Below are positions 46,079 to 54,338 of a DNA stretch of 64,000 nucleotides, in pieces (positions within the stretch are counted from its first letter, which is position 1; every line of letters begins with the position of its first letter). The notes beneath the pieces were generated by a model that had not been told where the DNA came from, ran no database searches, and saw only the letters and a program-made list of their open reading frames with translations. This DNA comes from an uncultured bacterium (GTDB lineage: Bacteria; Krumholzibacteriota; Krumholzibacteriia; LZORAL124-64-63). The stretch spans positions 1-64,000 of the forward strand of contig CAVSGO010000003.1 of NCBI GenBank assembly GCA_963727525.1. The letters run 5' to 3'. A program made the position numbers and the translations under genes.

Positions 46079-46310
46079 GCCGGGCAGTCTTTCACGAGGG
46101 TGGCAACGGCGTCAAACCCAGTCAGGCAGTGAGCGGCCTGTCCTGGGTTGCGGTCCATCTGTCAAAAAGCCCCCCCGGTCGTCACTGTGTTGTGCCATGG
46201 GTTCAGTTTCTCGAAGTCCGAATTGTTAGTCATAGCAGGCGGACCCGGCCGGGAGCCGGTCTCGCACAAAATGTAAAAACCCGGAGGGTGCTACAGTACG
46301 GGCCGAGAGA

Positions 46311-46367
46311 CTGTATATGCAGCCGACAACCCTTGACAGAACCCGATTATATACACAGTATATACAC
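46311..46367 (+). promoter_or_regulatory. Sigma70-type promoter with YtrA-like operator
   Basis: TTGACA at 46333, 17-bp spacer, CAGTAT; TATATACAC x2 and an upstream TGTATAT; probably a leaderless transcript. Confidence 0.55.
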
Positions 46368-46369
46368 CA

Positions 46370-46774
46370 ATGATCGCCGACATAGTCATCTCCCAGGCTG
46401 ACGGACGGCCCATGTATCTGCAGATCATGGATCAGATCCGTTTGCGTATTGCGGTGGGGGATTGGGCTGCCGGACAGAAGATTCCCTCGATCCGGGATCT
46501 GGCGGTTGGGCTGAGAGTGAGCGTGATCACCGTCAAACGGGCCTATCTCGAACTGGAGCGGGAGGGGGCGCTGGTGACGCGGCAGGGGCTGGGGTCATTC
46601 GTCGCCGAGTCGGGGGCCCTGGACACGCTTCGGTTTGAGAGGGAGTTGGATCAGCACCTTCGGGGGGCGCTGGACATTGCAGGACTTCTGGGCCTCACGC
46701 TTGCGGACTTGATTTCTCGCCTGCAGACCATGCAAGGCTTTCCCATACGATCGGCAAGGGACGAACATGACTGA
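46370..46774 (+). CDS. GntR (YtrA subfamily) regulator
   Basis: PMYLQIMDQI, IPSIRDLA, VSVITVKRAYLELEREG, QGLGSFV. Confidence 0.92.
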   Translation: MIADIVISQADGRPMYLQIMDQIRLRIAVGDWAAGQKIPSIRDLAVGLRVSVITVKRAYLELEREGALVTRQGLGSFVAESGALDTLRFERELDQHLRGALDIAGLLGLTLADLISRLQTMQGFPIRSARDEHD

Positions 46775-47663
46775 ATTGGCGGTCGAGTTGAAGGGTGTGG
46801 CGAAGGCCTATCCCCACTTCGCACTCGAAGACATGCACCTGGCGCTGCCCCGTGGGCGGATCATGGGGTTTGTCGGTCCCAATGGGGCTGGCAAGTCGAC
46901 GACGCTGCGCATCATCATGGGGCTGGTGCATGCGGACCGCGGGCAGGTGCGTGTGTTGGGGCATGACATGCCCGATCAGCAGGTCGCGGCCAAGTGGGAC
47001 GTGGGATACGCGTCGGAGGATATGCGCCTCTACAAGCGGGCGACCCTGGCCTGGCATATGGACTTCATCCGCTCGATCTATCCCGGCTGGGACCAGAGGT
47101 ATGCTGATGACCTGTTGCGCCGCTTCGACCTGGTCGCTGCGCAGAAGATCAAGGGCATGTCGCATGGGCAGCAGGTCAAGGCGGGGCTGTTGCTGATCCT
47201 GGTCCGACGGCCCCGATTGCTGATCCTCGATGAGCCGACCACCGGGCTCGACCCGGTCGCCCGCCAGGAAGTCCTCGCCGAGATGATGGAGGTTCTGCGG
47301 GACGAGGATCGCACGGTGATCTTCTCGTCTCACAACACCCAGGACGTCGAGAAACTCTCGGACGTGATCACCTTCATCGACAGGGGGCGCCTCATCGATT
47401 CCCGCGACAAGGAGGATTTTCTCGACCGGTGGCGGCGTCTGCGTCTGGACGTTCCGCCGGACGTGGTGCTGCCATCCCTTCCAGGGCTCCTGGGAGTGGA
47501 AGGTAGCGGGCGCCTGAGGACGGCGATCACCGGCAACTACAGCCCGCAGCAGGTCGCGGCGGTGCAGCAAGCCGGCGCCGCAGTCCTGCAACTGGAGAAC
47601 CTGACCCTCGAAGAGATTTTTGTCGCCGAAGTGCAGCACAGCCGGAACGGGGGCGCGCGATGA
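46767..47663 (+). CDS. ABC transporter ATP-binding protein
   Basis: GPNGAGKST, MSHGQ, LILDEPTTGLD, SSH. Confidence 0.95.
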   Translation: MTELAVELKGVAKAYPHFALEDMHLALPRGRIMGFVGPNGAGKSTTLRIIMGLVHADRGQVRVLGHDMPDQQVAAKWDVGYASEDMRLYKRATLAWHMDFIRSIYPGWDQRYADDLLRRFDLVAAQKIKGMSHGQQVKAGLLLILVRRPRLLILDEPTTGLDPVARQEVLAEMMEVLRDEDRTVIFSSHNTQDVEKLSDVITFIDRGRLIDSRDKEDFLDRWRRLRLDVPPDVVLPSLPGLLGVEGSGRLRTAITGNYSPQQVAAVQQAGAAVLQLENLTLEEIFVAEVQHSRNGGAR

Positions 47664-48337
47664 CCCAGCTTTCCATGACCGGGCGCCTGATGGTGAAGGA
47701 CTGGTCGTTCAACCGGTGGCCGATTTCCCTGTTCGTGGCCGGCGGCGCCGCCTCGCTGGCGGTGGTCGCCTGGGGCGGGCTTACGGGCTTCTTCGTCGGC
47801 AGCATCCTGCTGCTGGTGGCCGTGATGTCCGTCGGCATGCAGCTGGTCTTCACCACCGTGATCTACGAACGCAAGGAACAGACCCTGCCTTTCATCATGA
47901 GTCTGCCCATCACCTCGGCCGAATACGTCACGGCCAAGATCCTGGCCAACGTCACCATCTTCCTGGGTGCCTGGATGGCCCTGGCGGCCATGACGATCCT
48001 GGTCATTCTCGGCCGGGACGCCCTGCCGAATGGTCTGATTCCTTTTGCCGTCCTGATCCTGCTGGAGCTCTTCATGGGATATGCGGTGATCCTGGCCGTG
48101 GCCCTCATGACCGAGTCAGAAGGCTGGACCATTTTCGCCATGGTGGTCTCCAACATCTTTCTCAACTTCTTCATGTACAAGGTGTCTCACATCCCGGCAA
48201 TCGCCGCCGTCATGAACGGCCCGGACACCGTCTGGCCCAGGGCGGCCGTGAGCCTGCTGGCCGGGGAAATCGGCGTCATCGTCCTGCTGGTCGTGGCCAC
48301 CTATGCCGTGCAGGTGAGGAAGAAGGACTTTCTCTAG
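47660..48337 (+). CDS. ABC-2 transporter permease
   Basis: About 6 TM segments, LSLPI-like MSLPITSAEYVTAK, C-terminal KKDF; ATGA overlap with the upstream gene. Confidence 0.85.
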   Translation: MTQLSMTGRLMVKDWSFNRWPISLFVAGGAASLAVVAWGGLTGFFVGSILLLVAVMSVGMQLVFTTVIYERKEQTLPFIMSLPITSAEYVTAKILANVTIFLGAWMALAAMTILVILGRDALPNGLIPFAVLILLELFMGYAVILAVALMTESEGWTIFAMVVSNIFLNFFMYKVSHIPAIAAVMNGPDTVWPRAAVSLLAGEIGVIVLLVVATYAVQVRKKDFL

Positions 48338-48385
48338 GCAAAGTCTCGGGCCGCGTGTCGGGGGCTGGCCGCTATTTAGTGTCTT

Positions 48386-48701
48386 GCACGCGTACGGACG
48401 CGAGCGCATGGAGCGGGTTCGTGCCATCGACATCGAGGCGGAACTCGTGCCGATGCTTGGCGGCCAAGTGAGTGTCGACCGGGTCGAACTCATTGATCGT
48501 GCCTGGAAGGCCGTCGCAGGGCTGCTTGTCCTCGACGACTCCGAAAGGCAGTTCATCGACCGCTTGCAGGTGGGGGACCTGCGCTTGGACCTCCTTGTCC
48601 CCGAGGACGCGGAAATGCGTGAACGGCTGGGAAAGTGGCCGCCCATTCAGTGGAAGGTCTTGAATGCTCGCAAGCCCAGACCGTTGCGCCGAGGAGACTG
48701 A
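48386..48701 (+). pseudogene. C-terminal fragment of an AbiEii toxin (inverted paralog of 24350-24690)
   Basis: HAYGRERMERVRAIDIEAELVPMLGGQV...WPPIQWKVLNARKPRP is nearly identical to the AbiEii C-terminus; no catalytic part. Confidence 0.8.
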
Positions 48702-48821
48702 ACTTTCGGAAAGGGCCAGGTGTGCGGCAAGGCGGTCCCATCGTGATTCGAATGCCATACCGCGCACGATGTCGGGGTCGAGTTCTTATGTGTGCTGGAC
48801 CCCTCGCCCTGGTTGGCGTGC

Positions 48822-50180
48822 TCAGTGGCGGTTGAGCCTGTCCCGAAGATCGCGAGGCGCATCGAAGACGAACGCACGACCGACCTTTCCGCTGTCGAGT
48901 AGTCCCAGTTCGGCGAGTTTCATGAGGTCTGTACGGGCTGTTTGATAGCTCACGTCGTGGGATCGACGGTGGGAGCGGAAGGTGTACGCGTGGCCGGGGT
49001 GGAGAAGGGCGTGCTGAAGAAGCGCAACCTGTCGGTGATTCAACTGGCGGCCTAGCGGGCCGGAGTGGCTGAGGAGTTGGCGGGTGTCGCGGAGTTCCTT
49101 GGCTTTTCGGCGTAGGTACGCGTGCAGGTCGTCGATGGCGCGGACGATCACGGCGAGCTGGTTCAGCAGGAAGTACGTGGCGTCGTTGTCGTCGGTCTCC
49201 GTGTAGAGGAATGCGCGTGCATAGCGGGAGGGGGCAGCGCGCAGGATGCGGGATATGGAGGTGAACTCGAGGAGCCAATAGCCCTCGCGGGCGAGACACC
49301 AGTAGAAGAGGGCTCGGGCCGTCCGTCCATTGCCGTCGACGAAGGGATGATCGTAGGCGAGCCAGAGGTGCAACAGAATGGCCCGGACGACGGGGTGCAT
49401 GAATGGCGTGTCACCGCTGCGACCGTTGGCGAACTGGCACATCCTGGTGACGCGTTCGGGCAGTTCCTTTGCATCGGGGGGTACATGTAAGACAGTTCCG
49501 GTGGCGTCCGCGACCACGACGTCGTCGGCATCGGTTCGCAGTCGCCCAGCAGCGCCCTCTTCACGCATGGTCCCGGTGACGAGGGTGTTCTGGAGGTCGA
49601 GCAGGAGCTCGAAAGTAAGGTCGACCTTGGTTCGACTTCGAATGAGCTGCATGGCCTGGTAGTTGTTGACGATCATCTGCTCGCCGCGGTCCCTTGGGCG
49701 CCGTCCTGTCTGGAGCATCTCCTTGGCGACCTGGCGAGTCGTTTCTGCCCCTTCGAGCTGGCTGGACGTGATGGCCTCTTCCATGAGCGAGCGGATCAAG
49801 TATGTGTCTCGGGTCTCGGGGTCGACGACCGGTTCGGGAGACGCAATCGTGCCGGTGGACTGCTTGTCGATCTCGTGGAGCATCGCGAATGCGATGTCGG
49901 GGAGGCCGACGCGAAACGGTAGCCCTCGTCTGTCCATCAGTGGTAGCTCGCGGGCGTTGGCCATTCTCGCGAGCTTGATACCCAGCCACCGCTCCTCGTG
50001 GCTCAAGCCGTCGGGCGGTGCGAGGTGCCTGAGCACGTCCCAGTGTCGGTACTTCCCGTCCGGGGCGGGGCCACCAGCCCTCGAGGCGATACGGGCCATG
50101 TTCTCGGGCGAGATCTCCAGGTTCGAGAAGAGGTCCTGGAGGGACGGCGGGGGTAGGGGCAGGCGCATGGTGAACCTCAT
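48822..50180 (-). CDS. Fic family protein with a C-terminal wHTH
   Basis: TSSQLEG, HPFVDGNGRTAR, YQTARTDL. Confidence 0.92.
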   Translation of the reverse strand: MRFTMRLPLPPPSLQDLFSNLEISPENMARIASRAGGPAPDGKYRHWDVLRHLAPPDGLSHEERWLGIKLARMANARELPLMDRRGLPFRVGLPDIAFAMLHEIDKQSTGTIASPEPVVDPETRDTYLIRSLMEEAITSSQLEGAETTRQVAKEMLQTGRRPRDRGEQMIVNNYQAMQLIRSRTKVDLTFELLLDLQNTLVTGTMREEGAAGRLRTDADDVVVADATGTVLHVPPDAKELPERVTRMCQFANGRSGDTPFMHPVVRAILLHLWLAYDHPFVDGNGRTARALFYWCLAREGYWLLEFTSISRILRAAPSRYARAFLYTETDDNDATYFLLNQLAVIVRAIDDLHAYLRRKAKELRDTRQLLSHSGPLGRQLNHRQVALLQHALLHPGHAYTFRSHRRSHDVSYQTARTDLMKLAELGLLDSGKVGRAFVFDAPRDLRDRLNRH

Positions 50181-50238
50181 CTACTAATTCGTGACGGATT
50201 AGTAATTCATGATAAGTCGGATCATGGGTATGTCAATG

Positions 50239-50267
50239 AACTACTAGATTGAGTGAAACTAGTAGTT
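50239..50267. promoter_or_regulatory. Inverted repeat upstream of the Fic gene
   Basis: AACTACTAG...CTAGTAGTT, with related CTACTAAT/ATTAGTA half-sites at 50181-50205. Confidence 0.5.
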
Positions 50268-50349
50268 TGGCGATGATGAATTGTTCAACTTGTTGCTAAT
50301 AAGTTGGTTATAAATAGCGGCGTCTGTCTGCAGGCCGGGATTCGCGGTT

Positions 50350-50582
50350 TCCTGGCGCGCGTCGCCGATGTCGCGGATGCGGCCCTCGAGCTTGCGGTCC
50401 AGGCAGCGGCGCAGGACGCGCACCAGGCCGAGCGGGGTCGTCGTCGGCAGCTGGTTCCAGTCGTCGTCCTGCTTGAGCGCGTTGGCGAGTACGTCGGTCA
50501 CGGTCCTGCCCTCGAAGAGCCGCTTGCCGGTGAGCATTTCCAGCAGCACGACGCTGTACGTCCAGATGTCGGCGCGCCGGGA
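50350..50582 (-). pseudogene. Ser/Thr kinase C-lobe fragment
   Basis: RRADIWTYSVVLLEMLTGKRLFEGRTVTDVLA...RRCL...RDIGD is paralogous to 40381-40604. Confidence 0.75.
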
Positions 50583-50589
50583 GTCTGGC

Positions 50590-50825
50590 CGACCGCGCTG
50601 ATGCCGCCGTACACAACGAACCCGAGGCGCAGCCGCTCGGCATCGAACTCGCGGGCCTTCCGCAGTCCGCGCACGTCGAAGAGATCCTGGCTTGCCGTAC
50701 GCCCGAAGAGGGCGGCGAACTTGCCCGCCACCAGCTCGTGGATATCCAGCACGGGACTCCAGCCCTTCGGCCCGGAACCCTGTGGCCGCCGCTTCGCGCT
50801 GCAGGTCGGCAGAGCTCAGCGTCAG
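50590..50825 (-). pseudogene. AbiEii toxin remnant with large deletions
   Basis: LSSADLQREAAATGFRAEGLE joins directly to LDIHELVAGKFAALFGRTASQDLFD...FVVYGG; the KGGT and SxDxD region is missing. Confidence 0.7.
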
Positions 50826-51465
50826 CTCACCTCGGCCCAGGAACGGGTCAGCACGCGCTCGGGCACGACCAGGTTCCAGTCCTTCACCAGCTTGCCGGGT
50901 TCGCGGCTGGGGTCCAGGTACCGCGGCTGCCCCGGAGCCAGTCCGCGGAATGCGTCGAGGTGATGCGCCTCGACCATGAGCGTGTCGCGGTGCTGCTCGA
51001 GGAAGAAGCCGACCCGGGCCGCCGTCAGCGCCGATCCCAGTACCTGCGTGTAGGCGAACACCGCGTCGAGGTCGAAGAACTCGACCATCTCCAGCGAGCG
51101 CCAGACCTCCTCCCAACCGCCGCTGCGCTCCGGTGCGTCCAGGACATCGACGAGGCTGCGCTCGATCGTCGTGACGCGGACGACGCCACCGGCATGCGGC
51201 CGCTCCACCACTCCCCCGCCCAGGCCGGGCAGGTCCCGCAGCGCGGCGGGTGCCTGGGCCGGCACGAACTCCTGGTCGCGGAAGGTGAACCGGCGCTGCC
51301 GCCCCTGGGTCAGGTAGTGGAAACGATTCCACAGGGAGTAAGCCTTGCCGTGGAACTGGAGGGCCGCGTGGTAGGCCACCACGCTGTCAGGGGCGAGCTG
51401 CGTGGCCAGCAGTTAGGGATCGAAGGGATGGCGCCCGGGATCGGCGCCCAGGGGCACGGACGCGT
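50822..51465 (-). pseudogene. Third AbiEi-family antitoxin; N-terminally truncated, in-frame stop ~51413
   Basis: VVAYHAALQFHG, RVTTIERSLVD, GGWEEVWRSL and LVKDWNLVVP. Confidence 0.75.
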
Positions 51466-51590
51466 GTTGAGATTTAACATAATGCTGAGCAATAGATTAT
51501 TTCATGTACATGGCAATTGGACATAATAGTACTGACATTGGAACGCAATAAAAGTTGCAATTGGACGCAATCCTGCCGACACTCAGACGC

Positions 51591-52835
51591 ATGGACACTG
51601 CCGACCTCTATCCCCGTCTGGTTCGGCCCCGCCTGGGCGAGGCCCTTGCCGATTCTCCGGTCGTGCTGCTGCACGGGCCGCGCCAGTGTGGCAAGACCAC
51701 GCTTGCGCAGCGCATCGGCGCGGACGACGGGCGCCGGTACCTGACCCTGGACGATCCGGCGACGTTCCTGGCGGTGCAGGCGGACCCGGCCGGATTCGTG
51801 CTCGACCTCGAGGGCCCGGTCACCATCGACGAGGTGCAGCGGGTTCCCGAGTTGTTCCTTGCCATCAAGCAGTCCGTCGATCGCGACCGTCGGTCCGGCC
51901 GCTTCCTGCTGACGGGCTCGGCGAACGCCCTCTTCGTGCCCAGCGTGGCCGATTCTCTCGCCGGCCGGATGCAGATCGTTCGCCTGCACCCCTTGAGCGA
52001 GGTGGAGATCGCCCATCGTCAGACGACGTTCCTCGACAGGATCTTCGCCGCCGATTTCACGGTGACCCGCGGCGAACGACTGGGGCCGCGGCTGGCCGAT
52101 CTCATCGTCCGGGGCGGATTTCCCGAGGCCGTGCGGCGGGACACCGCACGCGGTCGGCGGGCCTGGGTTCGCGACTATCTGAAAGCGATCATCCAGCGGG
52201 ATGTCCGTGACCTCGCGCGCATCCAGAGACTCGACATCCTGCCCCGCCTGTTGGAACTGGCAGCGGGGCAGACGGCCCACCTGGTCAACGTGAGCGAGAT
52301 CGCCGGGCCGTTCGGCGTCAGCCGCACGACCGTGCGGGACTACCTGACCTTGCTGAACCATGTCTTTCTCGTGGAAGAACTGCCGGCCTGGCACGCCAAT
52401 CGTCTGAAGCGCCTGGTCAAGACACCGAAGCTCCACATGACCGACACGGGCCTGGCGTGCGCGCTTCTCGGTGTCGAGGTCGATGACCTGAGCCGTGACC
52501 GAACACTGCTGGGGCAATTGCTCGAGACCTTCGTCGTCCAGGAACTTCGCCGCCAGGTCAGCGGCTGGGAGCATGACGTGCGCTTCTCCCACTACCGCGA
52601 CAAGGACCAGCAGGAAGTCGATATCGTCCTGGAACGTGGCCCGAACCGCATTGTCGGCATCGAGGTCAAGGCCGCAGCAACTCTCCGCGATGCGGATCGC
52701 CGCGGACTCGAGCGCCTGCGCGAAGCAACCGGCGACCGCTTTTGTTGCGGCGTGCTGCTGTACGACGGAGAGACATTGGTCCCCTTGGGTGACCGCATCT
52801 ACGCGGTTCCACTGGGTGTGGTCTGGGGTGATTAG
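51591..52835 (+). CDS. AAA_14 ATPase with a DUF4143 (PD-(D/E)xK-like) C-terminus
   Basis: GPRQCGKTT, IDEVQ, LTGS, LAGR, GGFPE, PKLHMTDTG, YRDKDQQEVD and IEVK. Confidence 0.92.
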   Translation: MDTADLYPRLVRPRLGEALADSPVVLLHGPRQCGKTTLAQRIGADDGRRYLTLDDPATFLAVQADPAGFVLDLEGPVTIDEVQRVPELFLAIKQSVDRDRRSGRFLLTGSANALFVPSVADSLAGRMQIVRLHPLSEVEIAHRQTTFLDRIFAADFTVTRGERLGPRLADLIVRGGFPEAVRRDTARGRRAWVRDYLKAIIQRDVRDLARIQRLDILPRLLELAAGQTAHLVNVSEIAGPFGVSRTTVRDYLTLLNHVFLVEELPAWHANRLKRLVKTPKLHMTDTGLACALLGVEVDDLSRDRTLLGQLLETFVVQELRRQVSGWEHDVRFSHYRDKDQQEVDIVLERGPNRIVGIEVKAAATLRDADRRGLERLREATGDRFCCGVLLYDGETLVPLGDRIYAVPLGVVWGD

Positions 52836-53014
52836 GCTTCATGGTTGATCGACAGAATCCCCAAGAGGTCTCAAGGTGGTCCGAGGAGGGGAACGTCTGG
52901 ATGTCTCGAGCTTCCACTCTTCATCTCCGTTCGCCCTCGATCTTCGCGTGTCTATCCCGACGATCGATCTACTCCGAGGAGAAACAGTGTGTCGAACAGT
53001 AGTGTATCTTCGAA

Positions 53015-53275
53015 GTGTCCGCGGATCGCGGTCAACGGGCGGTCGTCGATGGCGACACGATCACGATACAGCTCCCGGCCATGACGCTGCTGCAGCTCTT
53101 CCACGATGGCGTCGTACCGGTGGACCGGGCGCGGCCCGTGGAGGTGATCGTCGACGGTGTCGTCCAGGGTCGCTACCTGATCGAATGGCTCCGCCGCAAC
53201 GAAGAATACGGCTGGAGCGAGCGAGCCCTGTTCCGTCTGCGGAGACTCGCGACATCGGAGGACGCCACGACGTGA
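53015..53275 (+). CDS. Hypothetical protein (start uncertain)
   Basis: Short ORF with coding-like composition and a GAGGAG upstream; no recognised motif. Confidence 0.3.
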   Translation: MSADRGQRAVVDGDTITIQLPAMTLLQLFHDGVVPVDRARPVEVIVDGVVQGRYLIEWLRRNEEYGWSERALFRLRRLATSEDATT

Positions 53276-53535
53276 GCGATGCGTCTCGACTCCCGCCGGA
53301 TGGGCGCGACCTGCAAAGATTGTTGCGCGCCAGAATCGCCCGCGCGCAGGCGCGCCTGGCGGAGCTGGCCGACGACCGCGCGTCGACAAACGGCTACTTG
53401 GCGACAGGGCCCATTGGTATACATTACTGAATTGAAGATGCGGCGTGCCCCCGCGACACGGGGGTTGGCCCACATCATCTAATACTGGTCGCGAACGCTC
53501 AGCGCGCGAGCTTGAGCAGACGAAAGGAAAACAAG

Positions 53536-53664
53536 ATGGCAGGTCTGTGGTCGCCGGATATGTGGGGAACGCCCGTTGGATTGGGTATCTTCTTCCTCGG
53601 CATGGGAATCGGGATGGGAGTGTTCTTCTGGGGCGCGAGCAAGCTTCCCGGGAAAAAGGACTAG
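53536..53664 (+). CDS. 42-aa Gly-rich single-TM microprotein, copy 2
   Basis: MAGLWSPDMWGTPVGLGIFFLGMGIGMGVFFWGASKLPGKKD; AAAGGA ribosome-binding site; 37/42 aa identical to copy 1. Confidence 0.8.
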   Translation: MAGLWSPDMWGTPVGLGIFFLGMGIGMGVFFWGASKLPGKKD

Positions 53665-54213
53665 CACGGATTCGGGAGTTTGCCTCGTCCCGGGCGACCT
53701 CTACCCCGTCAAGCACCATCGCCGCCGCCGCCAGAGTCCGCGCTGCCGATGGCGGCGTCCCCGCGCTCACCCTTCCCGAGTTCAAGGCCGAACCCTACGT
53801 CAGGGAATCCGAGGGCAATCCGATCAGCGGCGTCGTGCGGGTCATCTTTCAGGACTGGCGGGTTGCTCGAGTGTGACGGGAGCGCAGTCGTCAATGTGAT
53901 GCGGAACGGGCCGTGGGAGATCGCTGACGAGCCAGGTCCGCGGACCGACTCGCTCCATTCGCTCCTCGATGTTACGCGCGGCGTGGCGATGCCCACCGCG
54001 GCGTCGCCCTCTCCACCTTCTTGACCGGATGCAACGCGGTGGCACCGGACCGCCTTGGCGGGATAGAACGAGGCTAACATGACCGTCTGGTCGCTCTCGA
54101 CGCCGGTGCCTGGATCAACGGGATGCGAGTCGCGCCGGCGGTAGCTGGTGTTTCGCTTGGCTCGGCGATTCGCGGTGATGGATGTAAGTGATTTACTAGT
54201 AGTGTTTTACGGA

Positions 54214-54229
54214 GTCCAGCCGGCTGGAC
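54214..54229. repeat. Perfect 16-bp palindrome GTCCAGCCGGCTGGAC, copy 2
   Basis: Self-complementary and shares context with 45482-45506. Confidence 0.7.
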
Positions 54230-54338
54230 ATCGGGAGGGAGGCTGCCCTCGTGACCGTCGCCGGTGGATTGGTCACCTCTGAGGTCGAGGCGCCGCGAGA
54301 GGCAGCCAGACGCCAGCGGTCTTACCCCACCCAACCCA

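Noticed and set aside
53690-53876. Coding-like fragment (PALTLPEFKAEPYVRESEGNPISGVVRVIFQDW)
   Set aside because: Probably another gene scrap, but I cannot assign a family or a start.
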